From: Candidatus Poribacteria bacterium
GTDB taxonomy: Bacteria; Poribacteria; WGA-4E; WGA-3G
DNA: 64,000 nucleotides
Assembly: GCA_965214095.1 (NCBI GenBank)
Contig: OZ243938.1
Coordinates: forward strand, 1,280,001 to 1,344,000
Reading direction: 5' to 3'
Under the pieces are notes generated by a model, which saw only the letters and a list, made by a program, of their open reading frames with translations, was not told where the DNA came from and made no database searches. Below, piece by piece: positions 1 to 10,882 of the stretch. A program made the position numbers and the translations under genes. Each line of letters opens with the position of its first letter. Position 1 is the first letter of the stretch.

Positions 1-3000
1 ATGTAAATGATTTTCAAGGAAGTTTGGAGAAGGGAGTCTGGCGAACAGAAGTTGCGTTGAAACTTGATACTAAAGATGTTCAAAAATTCATAAATAACAA
101 GACAGAGTTCGCTGGATTAGTTTCTATTACATTGAACTTAAACGGAACAGATTCATCAGTAAACGGTTCAATCTTATGCTCGGCTGACAGGATATCCATC
201 AGACAGATGCTTCCAACGGAAGATGGTAAATTTGAACAATCTGCCAGGAACATTGATCTGTCCAGTTTATCTATTGATTCAACTATTGAAATAGATGATG
301 TCCCAAAGGTTAGATTAAACAAACTGAGGACAACAATTGCCGATGGAACGCTAACAGGAAATGGTAGTATAACATTTGACAATAATGTTAAAGGAAACCT
401 GTTGGAAAAAATTCAACACTATCTTAAAGAGTCAATCTCTTATGAAAGCAAATGGACAATATCAGACGTACAACTTCCTATATTGGTTTCTTCACTGGTC
501 GAAGTGCCAGAGGACATGCCGAAAATCGCATCGGGAACTATTTCTGGATTAGGAGATTTCAACGGTAATAGTAAAGGATACTTGCACATTGATGGTGATG
601 TAGATATTTCTAATGCAAGTATCATTGTTCTTGATAAAGGACAAGTGAAGTCTTTCTCACTTGAAGATTCATCTCTGGATTGTGAGATAGGAACAGAAAC
701 AGGTAAAGAGACGATTGTCACTGCAAATGGAAATATAGATAAAACTACTGTAGTGGTCGGTGGTTCATTAGATAGCATTGATGTAAAACTTGCTGATATT
801 GATTTTGGGAAATTATGTAAGATATTTAAATCTGTACCATTTTCAGGTATTGGAACTATATCAGCAACAGTATTGAAGGATGGAACTGCGAACGGTTATG
901 CTGAGATTCCACAAGCATACTATGGAGATCTAAACAGTTTACTTGGTCGTTTAGCCGGCAATTTCAGATATGAAGACAAAGTATTGTCTATTGATAACGC
1001 ACTCTTGACAAAAAAGACTGATATTGGAGAGACGCATGTTTCTATTGATGGCGATATTACATTAGAGGGACAAATGCCATCAAACTTTACAATCAATGCC
1101 AATTCGGTTGTTTTGGACAATGACTATAACAAAATCTTTTTTCAACAAGAGTATCCCATTATGGGTAACATCTCAGGTGAACTCAATTTGTTCGGTTCAT
1201 TGATTGATAATTTGGATGGAAAAGGCACATTTACAGTTGATTCTGGGAATGCGTGGGGAATCAATTTAGATACAGCAACATTTCCGCTGGAAATTGACGA
1301 CTACTCACTTACGATACCGAATGTCGAGATCAATGCGCAAGGACAACAAGTAATCTTCAATGCACACGTGACGAATGATGGAGAGTTTGACTTTACTTTA
1401 AAAAATAAAAAAGGTAATCCAGTCCAAATAGCAAAACTGGCACTTGCAGCGGATGCATCTGATTTTCCTCTTGATGGAAAAATGGATGTCAATGTAACGT
1501 CATACCTGAGAAAACAAGAACAAGTTGTATTTCAAGTAGATTTAGACTTTGTTGACCTTACATTTGAAGACAACCCTCTTCCTGGAGATGCGGTCCTTAA
1601 AGGCGTTCTAATTGAAACAGGTGAAACTACAGATGAACCTGATTATTTCAATTTTACAGGTGAAGCATTTGAGGGAACAAGTATTATCAACGGAAAAATA
1701 TACACTACGGAAGAAAGCCCATACCAATTCACTATGGAAAGTAAAGGAATACAGGTCTCACCTATTCTCCGTATCTTGGATCGTAGACTTGAAGTTATTA
1801 CTGGAACTGCCGATGGAATCGTAAATGTAGAGGGTACTGTTTCAGAATTAGTAGAACCATCAAAAGAACGACTATTTCCATACCATGTTGATATATTGAT
1901 TAACCATTCGAAACTTCAATACAATTCTGTAGACTTTTTGAACCCAAAACCTATTCAACTGAACTTAGAGAATGATATTCTTACATTTCAAGATAGTTCT
2001 CTGATGATCAGTGGTGAACAAACTTCATTTATTGAACTGTCAGGAACTTTTGATACAAAGAATGAAGCAGTAAACATTTCAGCTCATTCAGAAGATGAGA
2101 CATCTCTCAAACCTTTTGGTGTTGCGTTTAACCAAGCTATTGATGGTAAGGTTTCATATCAATTTAAGGCAGAAGGACCATTAAGCGAACCAAACATTGA
2201 GCTTAAATGGAAATTACCAACATTGATTGTAAATACTAATGTGGGGGATATTAATATACATAATGCTGATGGAGCATTATCATATCAAAACGGATCTGTC
2301 AAAATTGAACCTTTCTCAATGGAATTAATGGACAATAAGGTATTGGTTGGGGGAGACATATCTATCAACAAGAATGAATTAACTGATTCCAATCTAAATC
2401 TTGATATTAGTAGTGATAGTTTTGATATAGCGAAATTGAATGACTTATTAAAGAATAGCATATCACCTGAGATGTTCAAACAACTTGGTTTGGAAGATGA
2501 ATCATCGATTTCTGGATCACTGGGTGTTTCCCTTAAATTGGGAGGAAATATCGGTGAACCAGTAGTCAAAGTGCTTTCACATTCAAAAAACAGCAACCCT
2601 ATTCTCTTTGGTAGATTTATTAATCCTATAACCTTTGATGAACTCGGCGCAGAAATATCAATAAAAAAGCAATCGTTACAAATACAAGATGCAGTCTTAC
2701 AAGGTAGGATGGGAGAAGGTGTATTTCATATAAATGGGAATTCATCTCATTCAACTGTCAATCCAGATGAGATGAATTTCAATTTGAGTATGTCTGTTAA
2801 TAAGTTGGATTTACAGGATTTTGCAACACTTTTCCAAAAAAATAAAATATTTCAAAATGCTTTGGTAAGTGGTTCTGTGCAATGTTCTGGAACAGGTATT
2901 AAACCTCATCAGATTTCAGTTGTTGGCAAGATAGATGAACTCAATTTTCTATTTCAGAACTACGAAATCAAGAATAGATCATCTTTTGACATAAGTCTAA

Positions 3001-5648
3001 ATCGCAGCAAAATTGATTCTCTAATACCGTTAGAAATTACATCACCTGAGATTGATACCGATGTTGATATAAGAATGGATGGTCTACTTTCTGAACTAAT
3101 CCTGTCTTTAATTTGGCAAGGGAACATCAATTATCTTACAAACGACGGAATAAATTCGCCTTTCCAATGGGTAGGTAGTGTGAATTACAACAATAATTCG
3201 ATCAAACTGAGTTCTAATCTGGCTAATAATGGGAACAATTTAGACCTAAAAGGTACGATTCCTTTCAACTTGTCTGTCTTGGCGGATGATTTCCTTGCCA
3301 GTTTTACTGAAAAACCCATTGATGTTAGTCTTTTCGGAAATGAACTTCCTTTGGACGTAATTCCAGGACTTGACAATATCTTTTCTCAAGTAGGCGGTGT
3401 AGTAGATATCAACTTAAGACTTCAAGGGACGATTTCAGAACCACATTTACAAGGGACGTTTTCTATTGAAGCACCATCTCTTCAAATCAGAGGTTTTCCT
3501 CAAACTCTTGAGAATGTTAGCATCCAACTCAATGCACAGAAAGATATTCTTGAATTAACAAGGTTTCAATTTGATATAGAAGATGGCAATGTTTTTCTTC
3601 AACAGAACCAAAGAAGTAAACTAACATTAGATGGAATTACACCGAAAACCCTTGAAATTTACGATCTAACATTGAACAAATATCCTTTCTCTTCATTACT
3701 ACAACAGAATCTACCCGAAAACTTAGCTAACGACATTGAAGGGACAATATCTGCTACATTGATAAATATCAGTGTACCGCTTCAGAGTTATTTTGAAGTA
3801 TCAGACAAGAACCCTATACCGATATTACACGATTTAATTACTATTGAATCAGTTACACAGGATGCAGTAGCAGATTTTGCAATAGATAATCTATCATTAG
3901 GTTTCACGTTATTAGATCAATATTATAGATTTGAGAATCCGCAGCCAATTCCGATTTCACTTACTTCGGGTGAATTTAAAGTACGTGAATTAAAGCTCAA
4001 TAATATGTTTGATGTAGATACAAATAACGAACAAAACCCTTTATCATTCAGTAGTTATGGTAAGTGGAATATGCAAAGTGAAATATTACTGTATATGAAA
4101 CTTGCCAATTTTGACTTATCTGCCCTCAACAGTTATTTTTCTGATATCAATCTTGATACTTATCAACTCAATGGCTTTATATCAACAGATATCAACATAA
4201 CAGGTACTTACGTTGATCCAGAAATAGCGATTGTTCTTAATGGAGATATGATAACACTAAATAATGCAAATATAGAAGAATTCACAGGTGAACTTACATA
4301 TAGCTCAACCAGCAGGCGATGGTCAATTACTAAATCCAATCCAATCCAACTTAGAGTTGGAAAGAATCAACTTACCTGTTCAGGTGATGTTCCATATTAC
4401 CTATCCTTTGCCAATCTCAAATCCGAAGTAATAGATGAACCGATGGAAATGTCGATTGCTTTAGAATTGGATGATATTAGTCTTTTGTCTGACATTGTAC
4501 CAGAAATTGAATCTGCCATTGGCGTTGGTTCTATCTCCGCAACACTTCAGGGGACACCGAATTCACCTCGACTCAATGGTACAGGTGATTTAAATTTGGT
4601 CTCACTTATATTGAAAGATTCACCAATTTATTTAGATGATACTCGTGGTGATTTTGAATTCTCAGAAACCGAGCTAATAATAATAGCTGTTGATGGCCAA
4701 CTGAATGAAGGTGGTTTTGTTGCAACTGGTAATATTGGTACAGATTGGTTTAATATGCAATCTATTGATCTAACTGCAAGCTTGGATAACTGCATTATTA
4801 CAGAACCTGGACAATATGAAGTGAATGTCAGTACAAACGCAAATGATCTGCATTTAATTGGAGATATAAACAAGAATTCTCAGAGAAATTTAATTCTGTC
4901 TGGTGATGTAATTATCCATTCAGGGAACTATGAACAGAATTGGGAAAACGTCCGTGATTGGTTTAGTGGTTCAACAGTGAGCAGCGTAGAACTGACTTTT
5001 GACAATACATTGCTTGACAACCTTCAGTTAGATTTAGGAATTGATATGCCTGAAGATTTTCACTTCCTATCCTCTCTCGGTGGAACGACTGATATTGAGA
5101 TAACCTGTAACGGACGTATCACAGGTTTAATTCAAGAACCGATATTCACTGGAGATGTTACTATACTTGATGGCAAGATCAGCATTGTAACACAGGAGTT
5201 TGATATTGTTGAAGGGTCAAGAATTACAAATCAAGATGATACTGCATTCAACCCACAGTTAGATATTGTTTTAAAAACACAAAATCCTATACGTGGGGTT
5301 TTACTTGAAGATGGTAGTACAGCGGACCTTATGGTAATTGCCACAGTTACTGGCGTATTGGAAAATGGGGACATTGACAAAGCGAGGTTAAGTTTCCAAG
5401 CAGATCCCATCAATTCATCATCAACAGCAGTTTTTTCAGATGCATACCTTTTGTCTCTATTGCTTCCAGGCAGTTCAATCTCACGTTCATTTGGCGGAAT
5501 AACCTTTACTATTTCATCTGGATTTGATCCAAATGAACGACACATTATTGCTGAATACCCATTGCCAAGAAATATGTCTATCAAAGTTGAAGGAGATGAA
5601 AGAGGGGACTTTGGTGTAGATATCCAACTACTGGAACGTAGATTCTAA
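1..5648 (+). CDS. tamB: TamB/AsmA-like translocation and assembly module protein, 5'-truncated by the window edge
   Basis: The frame is open from the window start (no stop upstream of the TTG at 24). Over 1870 aa of amphipathic beta-strand segments with a DUF490-like C-terminus (G.I.I..G...F.P.LDI...), directly upstream of an Omp85 gene. Confidence 0.8.
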   Translation, partial: VNDFQGSLEKGVWRTEVALKLDTKDVQKFINNKTEFAGLVSITLNLNGTDSSVNGSILCSADRISIRQMLPTEDGKFEQSARNIDLSSLSIDSTIEIDDVPKVRLNKLRTTIADGTLTGNGSITFDNNVKGNLLEKIQHYLKESISYESKWTISDVQLPILVSSLVEVPEDMPKIASGTISGLGDFNGNSKGYLHIDGDVDISNASIIVLDKGQVKSFSLEDSSLDCEIGTETGKETIVTANGNIDKTTVVVGGSLDSIDVKLADIDFGKLCKIFKSVPFSGIGTISATVLKDGTANGYAEIPQAYYGDLNSLLGRLAGNFRYEDKVLSIDNALLTKKTDIGETHVSIDGDITLEGQMPSNFTINANSVVLDNDYNKIFFQQEYPIMGNISGELNLFGSLIDNLDGKGTFTVDSGNAWGINLDTATFPLEIDDYSLTIPNVEINAQGQQVIFNAHVTNDGEFDFTLKNKKGNPVQIAKLALAADASDFPLDGKMDVNVTSYLRKQEQVVFQVDLDFVDLTFEDNPLPGDAVLKGVLIETGETTDEPDYFNFTGEAFEGTSIINGKIYTTEESPYQFTMESKGIQVSPILRILDRRLEVITGTADGIVNVEGTVSELVEPSKERLFPYHVDILINHSKLQYNSVDFLNPKPIQLNLENDILTFQDSSLMISGEQTSFIELSGTFDTKNEAVNISAHSEDETSLKPFGVAFNQAIDGKVSYQFKAEGPLSEPNIELKWKLPTLIVNTNVGDINIHNADGALSYQNGSVKIEPFSMELMDNKVLVGGDISINKNELTDSNLNLDISSDSFDIAKLNDLLKNSISPEMFKQLGLEDESSISGSLGVSLKLGGNIGEPVVKVLSHSKNSNPILFGRFINPITFDELGAEISIKKQSLQIQDAVLQGRMGEGVFHINGNSSHSTVNPDEMNFNLSMSVNKLDLQDFATLFQKNKIFQNALVSGSVQCSGTGIKPHQISVVGKIDELNFLFQNYEIKNRSSFDISLNRSKIDSLIPLEITSPEIDTDVDIRMDGLLSELILSLIWQGNINYLTNDGINSPFQWVGSVNYNNNSIKLSSNLANNGNNLDLKGTIPFNLSVLADDFLASFTEKPIDVSLFGNELPLDVIPGLDNIFSQVGGVVDINLRLQGTISEPHLQGTFSIEAPSLQIRGFPQTLENVSIQLNAQKDILELTRFQFDIEDGNVFLQQNQRSKLTLDGITPKTLEIYDLTLNKYPFSSLLQQNLPENLANDIEGTISATLINISVPLQSYFEVSDKNPIPILHDLITIESVTQDAVADFAIDNLSLGFTLLDQYYRFENPQPIPISLTSGEFKVRELKLNNMFDVDTNNEQNPLSFSSYGKWNMQSEILLYMKLANFDLSALNSYFSDINLDTYQLNGFISTDINITGTYVDPEIAIVLNGDMITLNNANIEEFTGELTYSSTSRRWSITKSNPIQLRVGKNQLTCSGDVPYYLSFANLKSEVIDEPMEMSIALELDDISLLSDIVPEIESAIGVGSISATLQGTPNSPRLNGTGDLNLVSLILKDSPIYLDDTRGDFEFSETELIIIAVDGQLNEGGFVATGNIGTDWFNMQSIDLTASLDNCIITEPGQYEVNVSTNANDLHLIGDINKNSQRNLILSGDVIIHSGNYEQNWENVRDWFSGSTVSSVELTFDNTLLDNLQLDLGIDMPEDFHFLSSLGGTTDIEITCNGRITGLIQEPIFTGDVTILDGKISIVTQEFDIVEGSRITNQDDTAFNPQLDIVLKTQNPIRGVLLEDGSTADLMVIATVTGVLENGDIDKARLSFQADPINSSSTAVFSDAYLLSLLLPGSSISRSFGGITFTISSGFDPNERHIIAEYPLPRNMSIKVEGDERGDFGVDIQLLERRF

Positions 5649-5663
5649 TAAAATATAAATTCT

Positions 5664-5689
5664 GGTCTATATTGTAAGCAATATAGACC
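5664..5689. other. Perfect 11-bp stem-loop between tamB and the Omp85 gene
   Basis: GGTCTATATTG-TAAG-CAATATAGACC, with no immediate U-tract. Could be an mRNA stability element or a weak terminator. Confidence 0.6.
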
Positions 5690-5713
5690 TGTGATTTTTG
5701 GGAAACAACTCAA

Positions 5714-8700
5714 ATGTACCGTTTTATTTTTATATCTCTCCTCAGTCTCAGTTTCATTTCACCTATCTCTTTTGCCTCAATAGACAAGTCTCAATCCCAG
5801 ACTCCCACCGAAAACACTATATCACAAGAAAAGATTGTTAGAATTGAATATATTGTTGACAATAAACCTGTAACTGACATAGAACAGATCCGTAAACTGG
5901 AAGAATTGACTCAGATAACGGTTGGAACCCAATTCTCACGTCATGCAATTCAACAAAGTGTGATTTCACTCTATTCTATACAAGAATACTCTCAGATAGA
6001 AGTGTACATAGATGGTAATATACAAGAAAAAATACTCATTTTTAAGATAAAAACAGTTATGGAAATCAAGGAAGCAAGGATCACAGGGGTAGCTTCAGAG
6101 GAATTAAATCGTTCAATACGAAATGTATTGAGGTTAAAACAAGGTGATATGTATTTCCGTGAGATAGCAGAAACCGATTTGAAATCAATCATGCGAGTTT
6201 GTGAAAACCACGGATATTTTGGTGTGCAAGTAGATATAAAAACAGATACATCAAAAGGAAGTTTGACCTATCAGATTGCCTTAGGTGATCCTACGTATAT
6301 TACAAAATTCCAAATGCAAGGAAATACTGCAATATTTACCGAACACATTACAGAAGCGTGTAATACACAAGTCGGTAAAATCTATATGAAATCTACGATT
6401 AATGAGGATTTTACAGCAATCCGATCGCTTTATAGAAAGAGATATTATCCAGACGTAAAGATAAAACCTACCTTTGACTATCAGAATGGTGTATTAACAT
6501 ACGAAATCCAAGAAGGAAAACAATTATTGCTTGATTTCGTAGATGTAAATGGAAAACCTATTCTTCAGGATTCTTTTTTCAGTAAATTGATTGCGAATTT
6601 ACAACTCAATAGAGAAGAATCAGAAAGGGATAAGCTCAGAGGAAAGATTGAACGGTATATCAATAATGAATCGGAATGGATAAAAGTTGTCCAAACTCAC
6701 TACCAGCAGAAAGGTTATTATGGTACTGAAGTAACAACCAGAACATTAACCAACTCTCCACTTCACGTTGAATTTACTATTAGACCTGGAAAAAGGTATC
6801 TTGTTAAATCTGTGGAATTTATAGGTAACGAAGCATTCGCCAGAGAGGAATTGCTCCGTGAAATGGAAACTAAACTCACCAATTTTCTTTCAAAATATAT
6901 TAGGAAGACATTCTTTTCTGAGTTAACTCTTGAAAAAGACAAAAACCGGCTGAAAATTTTGTATGAAAAATCAGGATATCCTAATGTTAAGATAACATCT
7001 ATAATAAACAGGCTTAATTCCAAAAATGGGAAAGATGGAGAAGTTACGATTAAATTGTCTATCGTTGAACCCTACAAAGAGGTGATTTACAGATGTTCAT
7101 TCCAAGGCAATAATGTTCTCGTTGATCACACACTTTACAGAGTACTACCCAACAAGTTACCACAACCTAATGCGAAGCTTATTCAAAAGAACTACGAAAA
7201 TGCTATACTCAAAGCATATAATGATAGAGGCTACATAGATGCAGAAGTTGTTGAAACTCAGTTTTTTCATAAATATGACACACCAACCTTTGAGATTAAA
7301 GGTGATTTTACAGAATTGTTGAATGCCGGAACATTATCTAATGAAATAAGAGAGACATTTAGAGAACACAATCTTTCACTTACAGGAATGCATATTGCTA
7401 CGAGAATTGATGACGAATGGAGTATACAAGATATTGATGGAAACCTAAGATATGCACTTTTACAAAATAAGGATCGTCTTTCTGTATATGAATATGGCAT
7501 TTTGCAGTTGACTATTTCCGAAGGAGATAAGATTGAATTTGGACGATTCATATTTAATGAAGATCTGAGTGTTTATCCAAGCATTCTCACCCGTGAAGTG
7601 GCACACCTTAGCGGAACTCTCTTCACACCGGACAAACTGAATCAGGCAAGACAGAACATATATAATACACGTATTTTTGAACATGGTATTTCATATAGAA
7701 GAAGTCTACCGATAAATACTGAAGAACAAGATAATACTTTGGATGATAGTCAACCTTTGAATCTCTCACCGAATCGGACAGTTGTCAATGATGTAACGTT
7801 TTTTCTTCAAGAAAGAAAGCCTGGGTCTTATGGTGCGAGTATCGGGGTGAGTTCTTCAGATGGACCGCGAGGCACAATATCACTAAGTCATCTCAACCTA
7901 TTTAGACGAAATATAAGATTTCAACTCCGTGGTAGGTGGGGATTCCGTGCGTATCTCTATGATACAACTCTTACTGAACCTTGGCTGATTGGAAGGACAA
8001 GTGGTAGCATTCAGATTTTGGGTAGACAATTAGAAGAGGATGACGGTGTACGGGCACTGCAAAGTAGTTTTAGTCTCAGTCGCAAGTTACCTGCAGCGCA
8101 TCGTCTAAATTTAGATTACAGCTTTCGTTTTTTAAAGGATACTTCTCTTGAAACAATCGATCCAGAATTGTCAACTACAGTAAGTAGTGTTCGTTTTCAA
8201 TGGAGACAAGATACTCAGTTTCCATCATTGAATCCTGTCTCAGGTATGTTCAACGAGGTAACATTGGAGTACGCGGGTGGTATATTAGGTGGTAGAAGTA
8301 GTTTTATTAAGACAGTGGCAAAATCTATATACCATCAACAACTGAATAATTCAGGTTATGTGTTATCCTCCTCACTGCGCCTTGGACTTACAACTGGCTT
8401 ACAAAGAAATAGAGAGTCAGAATTAATCTCATTTGAACGATTTTGGGCAGGTGGTTCTACAACTGTGCGGGGATATGAAGAGAGAGGACTTGGACCGGAA
8501 GATACTACTGGCAAACATAGAGGAAACGTTCAGTTCATATTCAACACAGAGTTGCGTTTTACAATCTTAGACCCCTTTCAAGGTATTCTGTTTCTGGATT
8601 CTGGAAATGTATGGGGATCATTTGATGAAATTGACTATTCATGGATGCCAACGTCTGTCGGTGTAGGTTTACGTTTGAACTTAGGACCTCTCATTGGTGG

Positions 8701-8782
8701 AATAGATTATGCGGTTCCGCTTATCTCAGTGCCAGATGTTCCTACAAATTCGCTCTATTTCCGTATTGGTAGTACATTTTGA
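5714..8782 (+). CDS. Omp85 family outer-membrane assembly factor (BamA/TamA-like) with multiple POTRA domains
   Basis: Signal peptide, POTRA signatures (Y...GY, F.GN), barrel motifs ERFWAGGSTTVRGY and GVGLR, and a C-terminal Phe (IGSTF). Confidence 0.9.
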   Translation: MYRFIFISLLSLSFISPISFASIDKSQSQTPTENTISQEKIVRIEYIVDNKPVTDIEQIRKLEELTQITVGTQFSRHAIQQSVISLYSIQEYSQIEVYIDGNIQEKILIFKIKTVMEIKEARITGVASEELNRSIRNVLRLKQGDMYFREIAETDLKSIMRVCENHGYFGVQVDIKTDTSKGSLTYQIALGDPTYITKFQMQGNTAIFTEHITEACNTQVGKIYMKSTINEDFTAIRSLYRKRYYPDVKIKPTFDYQNGVLTYEIQEGKQLLLDFVDVNGKPILQDSFFSKLIANLQLNREESERDKLRGKIERYINNESEWIKVVQTHYQQKGYYGTEVTTRTLTNSPLHVEFTIRPGKRYLVKSVEFIGNEAFAREELLREMETKLTNFLSKYIRKTFFSELTLEKDKNRLKILYEKSGYPNVKITSIINRLNSKNGKDGEVTIKLSIVEPYKEVIYRCSFQGNNVLVDHTLYRVLPNKLPQPNAKLIQKNYENAILKAYNDRGYIDAEVVETQFFHKYDTPTFEIKGDFTELLNAGTLSNEIRETFREHNLSLTGMHIATRIDDEWSIQDIDGNLRYALLQNKDRLSVYEYGILQLTISEGDKIEFGRFIFNEDLSVYPSILTREVAHLSGTLFTPDKLNQARQNIYNTRIFEHGISYRRSLPINTEEQDNTLDDSQPLNLSPNRTVVNDVTFFLQERKPGSYGASIGVSSSDGPRGTISLSHLNLFRRNIRFQLRGRWGFRAYLYDTTLTEPWLIGRTSGSIQILGRQLEEDDGVRALQSSFSLSRKLPAAHRLNLDYSFRFLKDTSLETIDPELSTTVSSVRFQWRQDTQFPSLNPVSGMFNEVTLEYAGGILGGRSSFIKTVAKSIYHQQLNNSGYVLSSSLRLGLTTGLQRNRESELISFERFWAGGSTTVRGYEERGLGPEDTTGKHRGNVQFIFNTELRFTILDPFQGILFLDSGNVWGSFDEIDYSWMPTSVGVGLRLNLGPLIGGIDYAVPLISVPDVPTNSLYFRIGSTF

Positions 8783-8792
8783 TTGCCATCAG

Positions 8793-9728
8793 TTATTCAG
8801 AAGGGTCATAAGGTCTCCCCAAAGCGAGTGGTGCTTCTGCGCGCCCAACAAAACCCGCTAAAACAGTGAGACAGAGGATAAAGGGGAGCATTTTAAACCA
8901 CTGATATTGTATTCCCAAACCAAACGCTTGAAACAGAGCATCCATTGCATATCCCAATCCAAACAGTAGTGCAGCACCACAAGCTTTCACAGGATGCCAT
9001 TTTCCAAAAATGACAATAGCCAGAGCCACAAAACCGCGTCCAGATGTCATTCCTGGTAGGAAATAAGGCACAGCTGCAAGAGATAAATAGCCGCCACCAA
9101 TGCCAGCCATAGTACCGGCAAACAGCAAACATGTCGTCCGAATAAGCAAAACGTTGGATCCGACAGTAGATATTGCTTTAGGATGTTCCCCGCAGGCGCG
9201 AACTTTTAATCCGTAATGTGTATGATATAAGAAGAAATACACACAAGGGACAAGTAGAAAGGCTATGTAGACAATGATATTATGAGAAAAGAGTATCTCT
9301 CCAATTATAGGAATGTTTTCAAAAAAAGGAATCTTGATATCTTCAAAATCGTGAACACCCGTTTGACTACCAATACCTCCTAACAGTCGATCATATAGCA
9401 CCTCAGTCAATCCTAACGCTAATAATGTGATTGCTGTACCTATTACAATCTGATCGCCTCGAAGTTTAATTGCAAAATATGAGAATATCGCTGCGGTGAT
9501 AAGACCACTGAGACCTGCAGTCAAAATTCCTATCCACGGTGCGAGGAACGGTATTGCAGAAGTATAATATGATCCTAACAGACCAAAAAGAGCACCAAAA
9601 AGCATCATTCCTTCAATGCCGATGTTTATCACGCCAGCACGTTGAGATACCACCTCCCCCAATGCAGCAAGCAATAGAGGGGTTGATGCATATATTGTAG
9701 CAACGATGATGTTTTCAAAAATCTCCAA
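8793..9728 (-). CDS. ABC transporter permease (nucleoside/simple-sugar type, NupQ/YufQ-like)
   Basis: Motifs GVINIGIEGMM, GLKVRACGEHP, GRGFVALAIVIFGKW and PLALGRPY. Confidence 0.9.
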   Translation of the reverse strand: MEIFENIIVATIYASTPLLLAALGEVVSQRAGVINIGIEGMMLFGALFGLLGSYYTSAIPFLAPWIGILTAGLSGLITAAIFSYFAIKLRGDQIVIGTAITLLALGLTEVLYDRLLGGIGSQTGVHDFEDIKIPFFENIPIIGEILFSHNIIVYIAFLLVPCVYFFLYHTHYGLKVRACGEHPKAISTVGSNVLLIRTTCLLFAGTMAGIGGGYLSLAAVPYFLPGMTSGRGFVALAIVIFGKWHPVKACGAALLFGLGYAMDALFQAFGLGIQYQWFKMLPFILCLTVLAGFVGRAEAPLALGRPYDPSE

Positions 9729-9778
9729 AATGTTCCTTTATATTAGTATCTAATTCAATCCTTGTGTTACCGACATAT

Positions 9779-10882
9779 TTACTTTTTTGCTTGTTTCTGT
9801 AGAAGACTTATAGAACCGAAACCGATGGCAAAGAGTAGAATAATTGCTTGCATCATCCAAGTTACTTGTCTTGAAATGCCGACCTCTGATTCCATAGCAA
9901 ATGAACCTTCTGCAAGTGCACCGAAGAATAGTGCAGAAACAATTGTTAGTAGAGGATGCAGTCTTGCCAATAATGCAACAGCAATAGCCGTGTATCCATA
10001 TCCGGGTGAGAAGTTAGGTGTGAGTCGTGGTGCAAGAGCCATAAGTTCAATTGCCCCACCAAGTGCTGCGAGTGCCCCACTAATACAAAAAACGCGTATA
10101 GTATTTTGTGGAATGGAAATTCCGGCTGCTTCTGCGGCTCCGGCTCCCTCACCAACAGCACGTAGTTGGTATCCATAAGTAGTTCGGAATAGTACATAAG
10201 TTAAGACTGCAGCTAAAATAACCGCAATAATAATCCCAGAATGGATTCGATATGTTCCGATAAGATCGGGTAAACGTGCCCACAGCACTATCGGGTCACT
10301 TTGTGGTCCGGTTTTTGAAGCTTCCTGCAGAGGTCCTCCATCTATCATCAGACTAACAAAGTAAATTGCAATGTAATTCAACATGATGGTACTGATAACT
10401 TCATTGACACCGCGTGTAATCTTGAGGATAGCGGGTACTATACCCCATAGACTGCCTGCAAGAATTGCAAAGATGAAACAGAGCGGAATTGCTATCCAAG
10501 AAGTATTTGGTAGGACATATACCAACTTTGTTCCGATATATGATGCTGCTAATGCCCCCATAAGGAACTGTCCTTCCGCTCCAATGTTCCATATCCCGCA
10601 TCGAAACGCGATTGCTACAGAAAGACCTGTCATGAGATATGGTGTTCCTTTTACCAGTGTTTCACTTATGCCTCCGAATGAACCCAAAGTTATGACTGCT
10701 GCTGCGAGGTAAGCGTCAATTGGATTGTAGCCACATAGTAACATCACAATCCCATTAGCTATAAATGCCCCAGATAGTATTAGAAATGGAGAAAGAATCC
10801 ACTGAGTGAAGCGCGGATATTTTTCCATATAGTTTAAGCAAACGGATTTTATGTCTTGATAGTAGGTAAGTAGATTAGGCAA
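9779..10882 (-). CDS. ABC transporter permease (NupP/YufP-like)
   Basis: Motifs WNIGAEGQF, NEVISTIMLNY, GYQLRAVG and GYGYTAIAVALL; overlaps the ATPase stop. Confidence 0.9.
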   Translation of the reverse strand: MPNLLTYYQDIKSVCLNYMEKYPRFTQWILSPFLILSGAFIANGIVMLLCGYNPIDAYLAAAVITLGSFGGISETLVKGTPYLMTGLSVAIAFRCGIWNIGAEGQFLMGALAASYIGTKLVYVLPNTSWIAIPLCFIFAILAGSLWGIVPAILKITRGVNEVISTIMLNYIAIYFVSLMIDGGPLQEASKTGPQSDPIVLWARLPDLIGTYRIHSGIIIAVILAAVLTYVLFRTTYGYQLRAVGEGAGAAEAAGISIPQNTIRVFCISGALAALGGAIELMALAPRLTPNFSPGYGYTAIAVALLARLHPLLTIVSALFFGALAEGSFAMESEVGISRQVTWMMQAIILLFAIGFGSISLLQKQAKK

